Of a DNA stretch of 64,000 nucleotides, positions 13,401 to 26,534 are shown one piece after another. The first letter of the stretch is position 1. Every line of letters begins with the position of its first letter. Position numbers and translations under genes: made by a program. The notes beneath the pieces were generated by a model. That model was given only the letters and a program-made list of their open reading frames with translations, made no database searches and was not told the origin of the DNA. This DNA comes from Felis catus. Its lineage: Eukaryota. The DNA is taken from the NCBI RefSeq assembly GCF_018350175.1, contig NC_058368.1, forward strand, positions 189,474,001 to 189,538,000, in the 5' to 3' direction.

Positions 13401-16049
13401 CTAATGTCCTTAATCGAATACATTCCTGTTTCAAGCTTAGCTCTCAGTGGCTGTGTTCTAGAACTCAAAGATGAACCAGAGGTTTCACTGATAACCTTAA
13501 AACATAATCACTCTTGAATCTATCTAGTTGACTTCCATATTTCAAATAAGTGAAAAAAAATATATAAGTTCCTTTTCCCTGCCTGCAGAGAGCATGTAAA
13601 GATCTTCATTTTTTTTCTTCCTACTTCCTATTTGGGATCTGGCTATTAGAAACCAATCCTCCACCAAAAATACAAAAGAAACCACTTGGAGGTTAAAAGC
13701 AGCATTTAGGAGAAAATCATGTTGTACATCATACCAAAATTTAATATGACTTTATGCAAAATAGTAATGTGTCTAGTAATACAAAGATCCTTCTAAAGTA
13801 GGTTAATAACAATCCAATATTATTCTCCTTAAAAAAAAAAAATGAAAATGTATGTCAAAAAAAAAAAAGTCCTAAAGTAGCTAAATCTTGTACCCATTGA
13901 TGGAGCTGATTTACATAGATAGCATTTAACATTCCATCATCATTATCCTATCAGTCTCCTGTCTAACATGCAAGCCTAAAGACATTCAATGTGCTTAGAG
14001 GTTAAAAAAAATAAAAAATAAAAAAAAAAACCTATATCCACCAGCCAAAATGGTGGTAAATGACAAAAAAAAAAAAAAAAATTTAGGCAGACAGATGAAT
14101 ATCAACTGGATGAGAAAAAGACTGTCTTCTCACTACCTTCTGTTCCAATATAGTAACCTAAAAGATTGAATAAAAGAAAACTAAATATTTAAGAGTAAAA
14201 TGTGGTTATCAAACGGGGAGAAGGGGAAAAAAGGAAGCATTATGATAATGGTTGAGTCTGCCTCTGCTAGAGGAAGCAGCTTTGAGTGTGTGCACCTTGA
14301 CTTAAATGGAAAACAAATGTAAATGAAACACAGTTCATCCTTTGGAGTCGATTGTGTGAATATTTTCAGATGTTTTTTCTTTTAAAACGTTAAGTGAATT
14401 TAATTCTGATGAGAAGAACCAGAGAGAAGAGAGACTCTGGGGAGACTCACTTGTCTGTCTATGCACAATATGGAGAGGGGAAGCAGAGTTACATGTGTGT
14501 ACATCTTCCTCGTGTTGAGAGCTCCTTCTTGACCATGTACTTGACCATGGCCTTGCAAACCTGATGACCTGCCCTGTTTAGTGCCTCTGCCAGCATAACA
14601 GGAAGGCCAGAGGGATTAGAGGCAAAATGGAGCCTGGGGGTTTACAAAATGTTGTAAAGCCATTGACTTCCATCATCCTAACCACTAGGTAGTTCTGTAC
14701 TATATTTAGACTAGCCCAGAACTAGCCCTGAACTATATTTAGACTAGCCCAGAAGTGCCATTGTTATGTCAGATGTGTGCAGCTGGATTGGTGTGGGAGG
14801 TACCCTTTAAATCAGCTGAAAGAGTATGTGGAGGCAGAGAGAAGAAAAGGAGAAACAATGGAGCATGAGAAGAAAGAGCAGGGAAGTAGAAGGGAGAAAG
14901 GAAGGCCATAATGAAAGAGAAGATTATAAAGAGGTGGAGAAAAGATTAGTCAAGGGAAACAAAAATTTTCTTAGCTTCCATTCATCTGGTTCCTTACCTT
15001 GAACACCTGAACTGAGGCCCAGGCTTTCAACAGTTGCTCCAAACAGATGTTAAAAGTCCCCATACCCTTGCCCCTGGGCAGCCATCACTAACACTGCTCT
15101 TTCCTACCATGCTGAAGTACACATTAGAATCCTTTCTAACACAACATTCCAGACAGTCACTGCTATTCAAGAGGACTATAACCTTGATATATAAGTGCCA
15201 TCCCTAGAGCTTTTCCTCAGCCTTAAATCCAGACTGTGTGCCTTCTAGCAACTGTCCACTCAACAGCAGGCCATGCCTGGGATTGTTCCTGACAATGTTG
15301 AATCTTATTTACAAGAAAAAAAGGACAGAAGTCAATTAACAGTATTTGATACCAAGAGTAATATGCAGAAACTCCCAAAAATCTTTTTAAAAACTAACAA
15401 CCTTGGGCCATGTCTCTTTTTGTCCTACCCCACAGTGTGACAAGACTAAACCAGACAAACCAGGTTCTCCCAGCCAGCAGTCTAGTCTACTAAAGAACAA
15501 AGATAAAATAAAGTGACAGCTTTTGAATATTAATAGGGCATATCAGCAAGGGTGAGCAGCAAACAGTGGAAGTCATCCACAAGTTCTAAAAGCAGTTCCT
15601 AAAAGCCCGAATTCATCTCATCGCTCCCCACTTAAGAATTCCACTAAGAAAATGAATTTTTATTTCAAAAATAAACTTCTGAGATGACTAGAGATAAAAG
15701 CAGAGAAAGAAATACTGAAACACCACAGGACCATCCTTCACTCATCTTCTCTCCCTGGGGCCCATCACAATCACAATGCCAAGTACATTACAGATGCCCA
15801 ATAAATGTTTGTGGCATGAATGATGTGAAAAGAAAAGGAATATTTTAAAAATCAACTTCAGAATGGGAATGGGCTTTGAAAACAAGCTAGCCCCAGTCAG
15901 GATCACAGAAATAGAAAACAGAGTTTGAGGTCACTGAGATCTACTCCGGTTATTACCTATAGAATCTTCGGGGAGTTTTCATTTCTAGAGAAAAGTAGAA
16001 ACAAAGTTTTCTAGAGCACATTTCTATCTTTTTTATTCACTCGCTCACC

Positions 16050-16210
16050 CACTCACTCAGTTCACTCACCCACCTACTCATGCACTGATCCAATCATTCA
16101 TTCAATAAATGTTACTGAATACCTATGATGTGCCAGGCGCTATGCTAGGTTCTGGGACTCTAGTGGTAAAGAGAGACAAGAAAGGGCCAACTCTTATGGA
16201 ACTTACATTT
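16050..16210 (-). mobile_element. L2 3' end
   Basis: CATTCATTCAATAAATGTTACTGAATACCTATGATGTGCCAGGCGCTATGCTAGG. Confidence 0.9.
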
Positions 16211-16509
16211 GCTTTGTTCCTTCCCCTCACCCTAAACCTAAGCCTTACATGCTTAAGCCATTTCACAACAGCCTGAACTGCCTCCCTACCACAAATGTCC
16301 TCCACCCCTAATTCATTGTTCACCCATTCTGCATTAATTTTCTTAAAGATTACTGTCATCATGTTGTTCACCTGCTTTAAAATGTCCAATAGCTCCCTAT
16401 CATCTTTAATTCACTTTAGGGCCCATTTATCAACCAGGCACTCCATATCCTAGAACAGGGCTAAAATTATAAGATACAGTCTAAACTCAACATAGCACTG
16501 AGGACTGCA

Positions 16510-17006
16510 CTCATTATTTACCACTGTATAGCAAGTTATCCCCAAACTTGGCAGCTTAAAACAATAAACAAGTATTATCTTCCAGTTTCTGTGGTCAGGA
16601 ATCCAGGAGAAGCTTGGCTGTTAAAATGAGATTGCAGTCAAGTTGTTGGCCCGGCTACAATAATCTGAAAGCCTAACCAAGGCTGAATGATCCACTTGCT
16701 GAAGGCTTGCTCACATGGCTGTTGGCAGAAGGCCTCAATTCCTCACTAGGTGGGTTTCTCCATAGGGCTTCTTGAGTGTCCTCACAAACTGGCAGCTGGC
16801 TTCCCTCGAAGTGAGACCCGAGAGAGATAAACAGGAGGAAGCCACAGTGCCTTTAGGAACTAGTCTTGGAAGTCACACACCCTCACTTCTGCTGTATTCT
16901 ATTACAAGTGAGTCCCTAATCCATACTTAAGGTGAGGGCAACTAAGCTCTACCTCTTGAAGGCAGAAATATCAAAGAATCAATGGACTTAACCTAAAACT
17001 GCCACA
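16510..17006 (-). mobile_element. MaLR LTR (MLT1F/H-like)
   Basis: CCCCAAACTTGGCAGCTTAAAACAA..CAGTTTCTGTGGTCAGGAATCCAGG..GAAGTCACACA..ends GCCACA. Confidence 0.85.
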
Positions 17007-17020
17007 AACCTATTATCAGA

Positions 17021-17095
17021 TTCTATTCTATTCTATTCTATTCTATTCTATTCTATTCTATTCTATTCTATTCTATGCCATGCCATGCCATGCCA
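17021..17095. repeat. (TTCTA)n followed by (TGCCA)n compound pentanucleotide repeat
   Basis: Directly visible. Confidence 0.97.
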
Positions 17096-17302
17096 TTACA
17101 TTCCATTCACCACTAACTATAATCAGACTCGACCCTATTTACCTATTTTCATTATTTTCTGCTGGTTACAGTATTAACCTCTATACTCCAATCCAGCTGG
17201 CTCTCCTGAATATGCTGTACCCATTATAAATACTAACTCTTTCTTCATGTGTTGCTCACACTTTCCCCCTATCCTCTGCCCTCCAAATTCCTTACTCCAA
17301 GA

Positions 17303-17535
17303 GAGGTAGCACTGTAGTAGCTAAGATTTGGGAAACTTGGGCTGCTTGGGTTCAAATCCCACCTCCTCTTTTGGTGAGTTACCTAAGCTCTATCTACTTG
17401 GATCTCCTAACCTATAAAGTGGTGACAATATTGTCTACTTAATAAGCTTGTTATGAGGATTAAATGATTCAATATTTATAAATTACTAAGAATAGTGCTT
17501 GGCGTGTAAAAAGTGCTTTATAGTATTTGTTAAAT
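17303..17535 (+). mobile_element. MIR SINE
   Basis: GGGTTCAAATCCCACCTC..GTTATGAGGATTAAATGA..GTGCTTGGC. Confidence 0.85.
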
Positions 17536-19139
17536 AATATGGATATTGCTCTTCTACATCCAGTTCAAGTTTCGAATGATAGCCCATAGTGAACTCATTC
17601 CCTGCACTCCTAATGCTATCACTGTGACCCATCTTAATCCTGGTCAGATCTACAAATTATCACTTCATTACCTCACTTGTAGAGGTTTTGCCTCATCTCC
17701 CAATTGTTACTTCCTGATGATCTTAGAGTGCCTAGGAAGAGTCAGCATTCAATTCAAAAGCAAGAAAGGAGGGAATTAATTTACATTAGCTCCTAGGGAA
17801 AATATTCATGCTGCTAGTCTAGTTTCCCCAAATACCAATAAACCATACTCTCATTATTTCCATGTGATCCTGTGATATCACAGAGCCAACCCAAATTAGG
17901 CTTTCCTATAAGACCAGCCATGTATGGACCCCCTTCCTCACTAAGGGAAACATGCAACATGGAAGAGGTGGGACCTCCTTAGACCCAATGGTGGGGAAGG
18001 ACAGGCATGAGCATCGGAAAGAGGGCCCAGGTACTGCTATAGCCACAGGTAAAGCCAACTTCAACATTATGGGATTGTGAAATTCTCAAGAGACTAGCAT
18101 TTCAAAATCATCCCCAGCAAATGCTCCTTCTCCATCTCCAACTCAAACACAATGGAATTTTAGACTCCCCACCTACACTTTTCCTCAAAATGGTAGTATT
18201 TCCTCCCCAAGAGCTTAAAGTTTCTGGTATAGGCCAAAACCTGTGCTGAGCCATTTCTCATATTTGGAACCTGCTGCTACTTCCAGGTGAACATACAGGT
18301 AATGGCAATGATAGGTATAGGGGGCTCTGGGGAAAATGTTCCCTGCCCTCTCCATTAGATAGAAGATTCTAGTGGTCCTGATTTAGCCACAAAGAGACTA
18401 CCTTCATTTTTAGAGTCATTCCTTCATTCATTCCTTTATTCAACTAATCTTTATTAAGCATTTACTAGGAACAGTAGGTGATACCAAGAAACAGAACACA
18501 AGTGCCTGGGCTTCAAGTAAGTTACCTGGAATAAGTCACCCTCTCTGGCATCAATTTCTTTGTCTATAAAATGAGAAGGTTGGACAAAGTCTCTAGGGTT
18601 CTTTTAACTTAAAAAAAAAATTGCTATTTTTCTGATTCTAATGCCTGCTCTGCTTTGCCAGGCAGGGTTGCTATGAAGATGAAGTTAGAAAATGTGCATG
18701 AAAGTGCTTTGAAAACTATAAAGCACTGCTCAAAATGTGAGGCATTATCCTCATTGTTGTTGCCATAGCCCCAAAAATCCCTAGAGGAAAGTTTTCAAAG
18801 ACCTGCTTGATAACATCCCACTGGGATCCTAAATAGGAAAAGCTCTTCCTCAAGTCTCACTGGGATCTCTCCTGCTGCTAGAAAGTCCACAAGGTTGTTT
18901 CTGTACATTAGCAGCTTCTCATAGCAAATGCTTTTCAGAGATTGCAATTGCCCCCAGGGGGGCGGAAATCATTATGTGACCTAATCCTGAGGTCTAGTCT
19001 AAGTCCAGAAGGAAAAAGGCTGTGATCAATTAGTGATGTCTGCTATGGGCTTGGAAAGAAGTGGTCATCAGCTGATTGACATTCCTAGACAAGGTCCTTT
19101 TGTAGCTCTGAGGTATGAGCCTGAATAATGTGCCCTGCA

Positions 19140-19290
19140 TGTTACTAAATGTTTCATAAGAATTATCTCATTTTTGAAGTAAGTACTAATATTAATCCCA
19201 TTTTACAAATGAGGAAACTGAGACCCCGAGACACTGACTTGCCTAAGATCACACTGCTAGCAGGTGGTAGAGCTAGAATTACAAACAAAT
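19140..19290 (-). mobile_element. MIR SINE
   Basis: CCCATTTTACAAATGAGGAAACTGAG..GACTTGCCTAAGATCACAC. Confidence 0.88.
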
Positions 19291-20059
19291 GATGAACAAT
19301 CACAAGGCCAGTGTACTTTATGACATTACACTGAACTTTAGCTGAGATCCTAAAACAGCATACGAACAGGTAAACTAAAGCAACTTCCTTACATTTTTTC
19401 CTGCATAAGTGAAATTAATATCAGCTCAAGGTTAGAAGGTATTGGCAGCCTTCAGCTCAGCACAGGGATTGAATCTTTAAAGTAGCAGTGTGTAAACTTC
19501 TTTGATTGCATATTCCATTAGTTAAAACAAAATGTTGTGTCATCCAATCCAATATATAGATATCTATTTATATATGTGTGTATTTATTTTCATATTGCAT
19601 ACATATAACACTAATGTAATAGAGACATATTAAAACATATAAAAATTAAAGATTTTTAAGTGAGAAATCTATACAAATACAAATTCTAATAGTTTCTACC
19701 CAACCCCAAAGGGATTGTTGTCCCCAGTCTCTGAGGCACACATTGCCACTTCTTACAACACAGAGAAAGAGTGATGTGTTTTCCTTATTTTGCCTTGTTT
19801 CCTCTTTGGGCTCAGCTTCAGGGCTTGCCCTGGGCAAAATTCTCAGGAACAGAACCACTCCCTCTTCCCACCCTCCCCTATCTACCTCTACACCCCATAC
19901 CCCACTCTACACCTCCATGCCACCTACCCCTTCTTCCCAGCCTTCTACCCAGGCTCCCAGGCACACAGATAGCTTCTTGTTTTTCATACCCCCTGCCCAA
20001 GTCCCCCACTTTGAGTTCTTGCCCAGGTTTGGCATCTCCTGCTATGGCCAACAGCCAAG

Positions 20060-20290
20060 CATTTATACATTCATTCATTCTTACAACCTCTAAACACTTA
20101 GTAACCCTCTATTATGGGACGACACTGTAGGAGCTCAGAAAATTCAAAGATGAACCAGTCCCAGGCATATCCAGACCAGAAAGGGATTTAATACACACAC
20201 ATAAATCAACATGATATTAAGTTAAAAGTAATACGTTTGTTATGAGAGACATGAGAGAAATGATTTTTAGGTGAAAAGATAAGGAAAATG
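20060..20290 (-). mobile_element. L2 3' fragment
   Basis: CATTCATTCATTC..AAACACTTAGT..GACACTGT. Confidence 0.6.
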
Positions 20291-21531
20291 TACATGAATA
20301 AGGAGACCATGAACACAGGTGGGTGGCACTCAGAAATGGCAGGAAGTGCACTTTATAGACTCATGGGATAATGAGGGGGGAAGACAAATAAATAGGGGAT
20401 CTTCTTAAATGGAACAGAAGATATGCACAAATGATGATCCAACAGGTGGGGAGTTGATCTTGTGTTATATGAACTGTGCAGTCCAGGCAGAGACCACAAC
20501 ATCCACAACAAAGTAAAAGAAGACAAGAGTAGAATGGTTGGAGTAGGCAGGTTAGGGAGTGCAGAATTTGATGAGGCTGAGCCGTGGGCCTGGCTCAAAA
20601 CCTGAAAGGCTCACAAGGCAAGGCTCACAAGGTAAGTCATTGAGAAGAAAGTGTGCAGAGCAGCCCTAATCAGATCTACCTTCAAGAAAGATTATTTTGG
20701 CTGCAGTGCACAGAACATATTGAAGACAGGTAAGGGAAGGTCCATCACTAAGGGAGGGTACACTGGCCTCCCCCGGAATAAACACATCACTCCAGGGTGT
20801 TCCCTGAAACACCCTGGTGGGGTAAAAGACTTCTGCACTGCAAAGCACTCCCAGCCTATTCCCAGCTTCTCTGGGGCCAGCCTGCTATCAGGATTAACTA
20901 CAGAACACAGGCTGCAAAAAGATGGCAGGAGAATGCATAGTCCACCCCTGTACATTTTGCAGGCCAGCCCATCTCTTTATGGAGACTTTGGGAAAATATT
21001 TCCAGCCTCTGGGCTCCTTATAGCCTGGCAGGACAGATTCTTCTCTTGGTCAATCAGAAGCTTGGGAATCAGATTTCCCATTCAGTTACCAGGGTGCTCC
21101 AGCCTGAGCTGACACACTGCCTCTTTAAACACATTATGAAGATTATCAGCAATGTATCAAGGTGTCTTTGCAGAATGGTATAAACTTCGGCTGCACTACT
21201 TATTGCCATAAACCACACTTTCAGGTTTTTATTTATATGCGCATTAGTTCAATATGATTGGATCTGTAGGCAGCAGAGGGGATTGGGGTAATTTATATAT
21301 ATATCAATAAAGGTCTCCAGCCAGCCACTGGGTGCTCTAAGGGGAACAGTAGTTCCATTTAAAACATTAGGAACTGAAGAAATTGAAAATAACTCTCTAT
21401 TTAGAGGCCAAGGATTAAGGTATTTTGCAGGGAAGGTCTCAGTCCAGCCAGGCTATGCTAAAAAGGCTGTTAAAATGTCATTTGGCTGATAGTTAAGCCA
21501 GAGAATTTACCTTAACCCCTTCATTTCAATT

Positions 21532-21535
<4 letters not shown>

Positions 21536-21585
<50 letters not shown>
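21536..21585. repeat. (GT)n microsatellite
   Basis: Perfect TG run. Confidence 0.99.
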
Positions 21586-21587
<2 letters not shown>

Positions 21588-22184
21588 GCATTGACCCTAA
21601 ACACAGGGACAGCACAGTATGGTGGAAAAGGTGGCTGAGTGCATGGGTTTTTGTCATTTTTTCCTCCTAACATGCATTTCACTTTCTATGGTAGCATCAC
21701 CTCGGTGAGATCTACCACACCCAGTGAGTGAGGTCTTCCTGGAACTGTTGGTCAAGGTTCCCTGTGATCCCCAGCCAAAAGACCTCTTTGTCCAGGCTGT
21801 ACCAATCAGACTTCCCCACCCCCCCCCCCGAGATTTTGACTACTGATAAAGTGTCACAAGGACCAACACTGGTGGAAATTGACTTTTCCTGGTAGTGGTA
21901 TCCTGAAAGCACTCTGTTGATTCCTGCCATCTATTTCAGCGGAGCTTCCCTGACTCCTGGGTCTCGTGCTTTCGCTTCCATTTTGTGAACGATGAAATAG
22001 CCTTCTACTGGGTTCTTTTGCTTGTGTTAGCTAGAGTTTCTCTTGCTTACAACTAAGTGAGCCACCAGGAGCCCACGGGATGTTTGGCTTGGACCCATTG
22101 TTGCTGTGTGACTGCGGGGACAAGTAACCTCCCTACTTTGGATGTCAGCTTCCTCACCTGTAAAATGAAAGCACTGGAAGAGCC

Positions 22185-22332
22185 CAACGATTCTTGAATT
22201 GTAGAGAATGTCAGAATCACCTGAGGATCTTGTTGAAAGTTCAGATTCTGATTCTGTCATTTTGGGGTAGGGCCCAGGCATCTGCTTTGTAACCAGCAGT
22301 GATTCTGTACCTATTAAGCTTTAAGAGCACAT
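22185..22332. mobile_element. MER5-type hAT-Charlie MITE
   Basis: AGAATCACCTGAGG..CAGATTCTGATTC..GGGGTAGGGCCCAGG..GTGATTCT. Confidence 0.8.
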
Positions 22333-22510
22333 TTTCAACTTATGTTCTTAGGATCCTTAGTCCTGGAGAGGATCCACAGAGATGGCCTCTGGTGCAAGAA
22401 AAGTTGACAAAGGTGGCCCTCTTGTTTCAACTAAAGCAACTCTCCTTTTATGTTTTATATATTGAGGTTCTACATTAAATTTCCTCTCTAAAAAATGATC
22501 TACCAGTGAC

Positions 22511-22512
22511 AA

Positions 22513-22548
<36 letters not shown>
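22511..22548. repeat. (AAAT)n microsatellite
   Basis: Directly visible. Confidence 0.97.
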
Positions 22549-23329
22549 CAGTGAACTAGGACCACTAGATAATCTGCAAGGAACTTTGCTGTCTGATTCT
22601 AAGAGGCACCTCCTACATGGCTTCCAAGGGGAAGCAGGTGTCAATCCCTCTGGGGAACTGACCACTGTATTTATTTTACTTGAACTTCAGCTTAGAGAAG
22701 CAAAACCAAGACCTCAATACTGAAATTATCTTCCTAACAAACCCACGAACAGTTTATTTACCCCACTGGTGATGATGTAGCAGCACAGGCCTTGAATGAC
22801 TTGCCTGGTGCAATGCAATTAGATAACAGCAGACCCCACTGACCTCTCAATCATATGGCAGGGTTCCTCCTACAGTGCCTCTTCCTGCTGTGGAATTTGA
22901 AACACCATAAAACTGGAGCCAGAGGAGATCCATAAACAACACAGTTCTTATTTTTTACTTTAGAGTCCCTATGTGGCTTCATTTATTTTCAAAAGAGCAT
23001 GTGACATGTTCGTTGGCACCTTCTCTGCCATAAAATATCTGTTGACATTTGTGGTTTGGGGCTGGGCTGGATTAGTTGCTGTTTCATTCCATTCACCTAC
23101 TGCATGTAGTACCAGGAGAAACACCCTTCTACCCTGAGCCCCTGTTACACCTTCTACCCTCTGAGAACAACACATGTGTGCCCTCTGCTGAGTGGAAAGA
23201 CTAAAAGATCTACTCCATCTTTTATCAGGTATGCAACCTTAGACAAGGCATGTAACCTCTGACTCCACCTCTTGGCCTATGTGAGGTTTCTTATAAGGAT
23301 AATGATTAAAAAAAAAAAGGAGGTTACTG

Positions 23330-23590
23330 ACAGTGGCTAATGTTTTTCCACTACCACTTACCATGAATCAGACACTAAGCTACACTGCTTTACTTGAGTT
23401 GTCTCAATTTTTCCTTTCATAAGCTTACAAGGTACTCATGACTATCATTACCCCATTTTACAGAAGGAAAAATGGAGGAGTGAAAAAGTAAAGTAACTTT
23501 CCCAGGGTTACATAGCCAATAAGTGGTGGAGTAGGCTTCAGTTTCAAGAAGTCTGACGCCAAAGATGTGTGTTTTATTGCAGTACTATCT
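23330..23590 (-). mobile_element. MIR SINE
   Basis: CCCCATTTTACAGAAGGAAAA..AAGTAACTTTCCCAGGGTTACATAGCCAATAAGTGG. Confidence 0.85.
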
Positions 23591-24239
23591 TCGTGGTGCT
23601 TCTCCGTGCCTAGCTGAAAAGTTTGGAGAAGTGCCAGCCTCCTATAGTATGTTGAGAGAATCAGAGGGAGGGTGATTTAGTGTAAAATAATGCAAAGTAA
23701 AAATATGATTCAATGGAAAAAACACCAACCTAGTCCCAACTGGCAGTGAGATTTTGTTACTTGCCGTCCCAGAGGCTCAGTCTTCTCACCAGCAGAATGG
23801 AGAGTTTTCCTATCTCATAAGGATAACAAAAAAAGCAATGTGTGCACAACCACCTACCAACTACTCAGTAAAGGGAAGTGATGTGATGTGTGTGCCAGCA
23901 TTCCAAAAAGCTAGTTAAAAGCAAGACATTATTATTCATATAAAGTATTAATATATGTTAGAGTAACATAGAATCATTTCCAAGATTATAAAGCTAACCT
24001 AGAGGGTTTTTTTTCCCCCTAAGTTAAACTCACAGAGAGCTTGAGTCAAAAGTCCATAGAGTTAAAACAAACAAATTTGTCTCCATCTTCCACCAACCCA
24101 ATTTACCTGGGCCAAAAGCCTTGAAATTCCTACAATAGGAATGTCAGGGCATTACATATGAAGGATAATTTAGGTATTATCCCATATGGAAAATAATCTC
24201 TTTTACACCTGTCATCCAGATAGAATTTCTATTAATAAG

Positions 24240-24620
24240 TTTACATAAATCCTTTTAGATATGTTTCTGTACCTATACACATTACACTTACAAAAAATAT
24301 TTTAATGAGAACATATTATAGATGCTAAAATTGAAATCTATTTTTCCTTAAAAATATGCCATAGACATCATTCTATGCCAATAAATGCAGAAACACATCA
24401 CCATTTTAATGCTGTCCTTAATATTTTGTATAGATTTACTATGATTACCCAAGTCAAAATTTAAATGGCTTCCAATTGTTGCTATCATAAATAGCGTTGC
24501 AACAAACGTCCATGTACATGCATCTTTGTGTATTTATTCTTTAAGGACTTAGGATGAATTCCTGGATATAGAATTGCAGAGTTATATATACACACATATT
24601 TAAAAACTTGCTGTAAGATC
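24240..24620 (-). mobile_element. Old L1 (L1ME-like) 3' fragment
   Basis: TTCCAATTGTTGCTATCATAAATAGCGTTGCAACAAAC..AATTCCTGGATATAGAATTGC antisense L1 motif. Confidence 0.7.
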
Positions 24621-24790
24621 TTCCAGATTGGTGAACACATCCACATGCCAAGAGGGAAGTGCACCCCAATTCCGTGGGGACAGAGCTTCTCCTCTAGGGA
24701 CTGTTGAAGACCTCCCTCTATGTATTTCTTCATTGGGCTGTTCATCTGTATCCTTTATAAAATCTTTTGTAATAAGCTGGTAAACATGGG
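24621..24790 (+). mobile_element. MER21-like ERVL LTR fragment
   Basis: TTGGTGAACACATCCACATGC..CCCCAATTCCGTGGGGACAG..GCTGTTCATCTGTATCCTT..AATAAGCTGGTAAAC matches recalled MER21 consensus. Confidence 0.8.
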
Positions 24791-25430
24791 GCTGAGAAAA
24801 TTAATGTGAATAAGATCTATCACTGGTCAAGTGCAGGGCTGGCCTTGAAAACAAGTTTGTTGGACATCAAGCCAAACGTCCTTTCTGCTCTTGCTGGACC
24901 TCTTCATGGCTTGTTGGTCCAAGATTCAGGTCCTGGAATTTGGCCTAATGAGTACAAAATTGCACGATGAGGAGACTGTGGCCAGTGTGAACAAATTAAA
25001 GATGCTGGGTGGTTATTAACTGACCTGATTGGAACAATATTGTTCACAGTGATGAAGACCGTTGATTAAAGATGCCAAACAAACATTTCTAAGACCACTA
25101 AGTACATGTTTAGACAGGAAAAAATAGCTGTGGAATGCTGGGAACCTAAAAAAGCATTAGAGGATAAATATTAGACCTGTGGAGGAGGGATGAAAAACTT
25201 AGGGCTTTCTTAACGTGAAGAAAACAGGAGTGGGTAATAATTCAATAATGACTCTATGATACATAAAAATTTATTCTGTGGGCTACAGTCTGAATCCATG
25301 ATGTGTACATGGCTTGATCTGTTACTTTATACATAATTCTCAACACTTGCTCTTGAAAAGGTTTTATATATAGTGCTTTCACATCTAAAAAAAAAAAACT
25401 TTGCTATGTATTTCTAAACTATTTTTCTTT

Positions 25431-25646
25431 TTTTAAATATTTTTAATGTTTGTTTTTGAGAGAGAGAAAGAGAGAGAGAGAGAGAGTGGGGGAAGGGCAG
25501 AGAGAGAAGGAGACACAGAATCTGAAACAGACTCCAAGCTCTGAGCTGTCAGCACAGAGCCTAACATGGGGCTCGAACTCATGAACTGTGAGATCAAGAC
25601 CTGAGCAGAAGTTGGACGCTTAACAGACTGAGCCACTGGGTGCCCC
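25431..25646 (-). mobile_element. CanSINE (SINEC)
   Basis: Reverse-complement SINE with perfect 16-bp TSD taaactatttttcttt at 25415-25430 and 25647-25662. Confidence 0.98.
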
Positions 25647-25721
25647 TAAACTATTTTTCTTTAGAAAGATAGTTCCACCTTAGCTTTCTACTAACTGTTA
25701 TGAGTAGAGGGACTTAACTGG

Positions 25722-25801
25722 TAGGTTGAACCTATGAAATTGTCCTATTTGTTGGGCAAAAGTGGTTGAACATTGGTAAATTCACACAGTTCAATCTAAT
25801 A
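25722..25801. mobile_element. MADE2-like mariner MITE
   Basis: 80-bp imperfect palindrome TAGGTTGAACC..ATGAAATT ... AAATTCACACAGTTCAATCTAATA. Confidence 0.85.
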
Positions 25802-26139
25802 ATTCATTCCTAATGGGAATCAAACATTGCCTTTCCATTGCAAACACTATGTTGGCCATTAAGAAAAGGGCAAGTAACATGTTTGTATTGTGCACCTTTT
25901 CATGAAGGATGGGAGGAGGAAATAAATAGATGAAGATTGTTTTCACTGCCCCTCTGACAATGTGCAATTACTTGAAGAACTCCTACTTTCTAACCTGTAA
26001 ACAATCTGTTCTTAAGTAAGGTAAGGCATTGATCCTGAGTCACAGGATGGCGAAGAGTGAGTCAGTCCTCTACCACCCCTGTTTTGTCAAGGGATAGATT
26101 TAATAAAACTTAAAACCATCTCCCTAAATCTGGAGGGAT

Positions 26140-26440
26140 GTCACAGGCATTCCTGGATTGTGTTCTAGGGAACATCAGTCCTGCAAATGCTCTGAGAATA
26201 AAAATGTCCACGGTCATATATGTTAGGGTAATAGGGCATCCTCTTTAATTTAAAATTTTTAATTTATTAAAATTAAATTAAATTAAAAATTTAATCATGG
26301 CAAGTCACAGTGTACTGAGAAGTCGTACAGTAAAGAAGCCTGCTCCTTTTATTGAGCTCTGTGTTTCTCACAGTTGTTTGACCACAAATCCCTTTGATCA
26401 TATATTTGGTACCATTCAGTGGGACAGACTTGCAAAAGTG
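26140..26440. mobile_element. Charlie4-like hAT DNA transposon remnant
   Basis: TGTGTTCTAGGGAACATCAGTCCTGCAA..CACGGTCATA and inverted partner TTTGACCACA; AT-rich centre. Confidence 0.55.
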
Positions 26441-26534
26441 TCCCAAAATCCCATTTTATTTGAGACTATCCTGAATTATGAAGATTACACAGTAAATCAA
26501 TGGCAGACCCATGAGTAGAAGTATTATCTCAAGC

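Noticed and set aside
14445..14600. Minus-strand donor-like CAA|GTGAGT with upstream reading VCKAMVKYMVKKE
   Set aside because: That frame hits a stop before the donor and there is no good acceptor.
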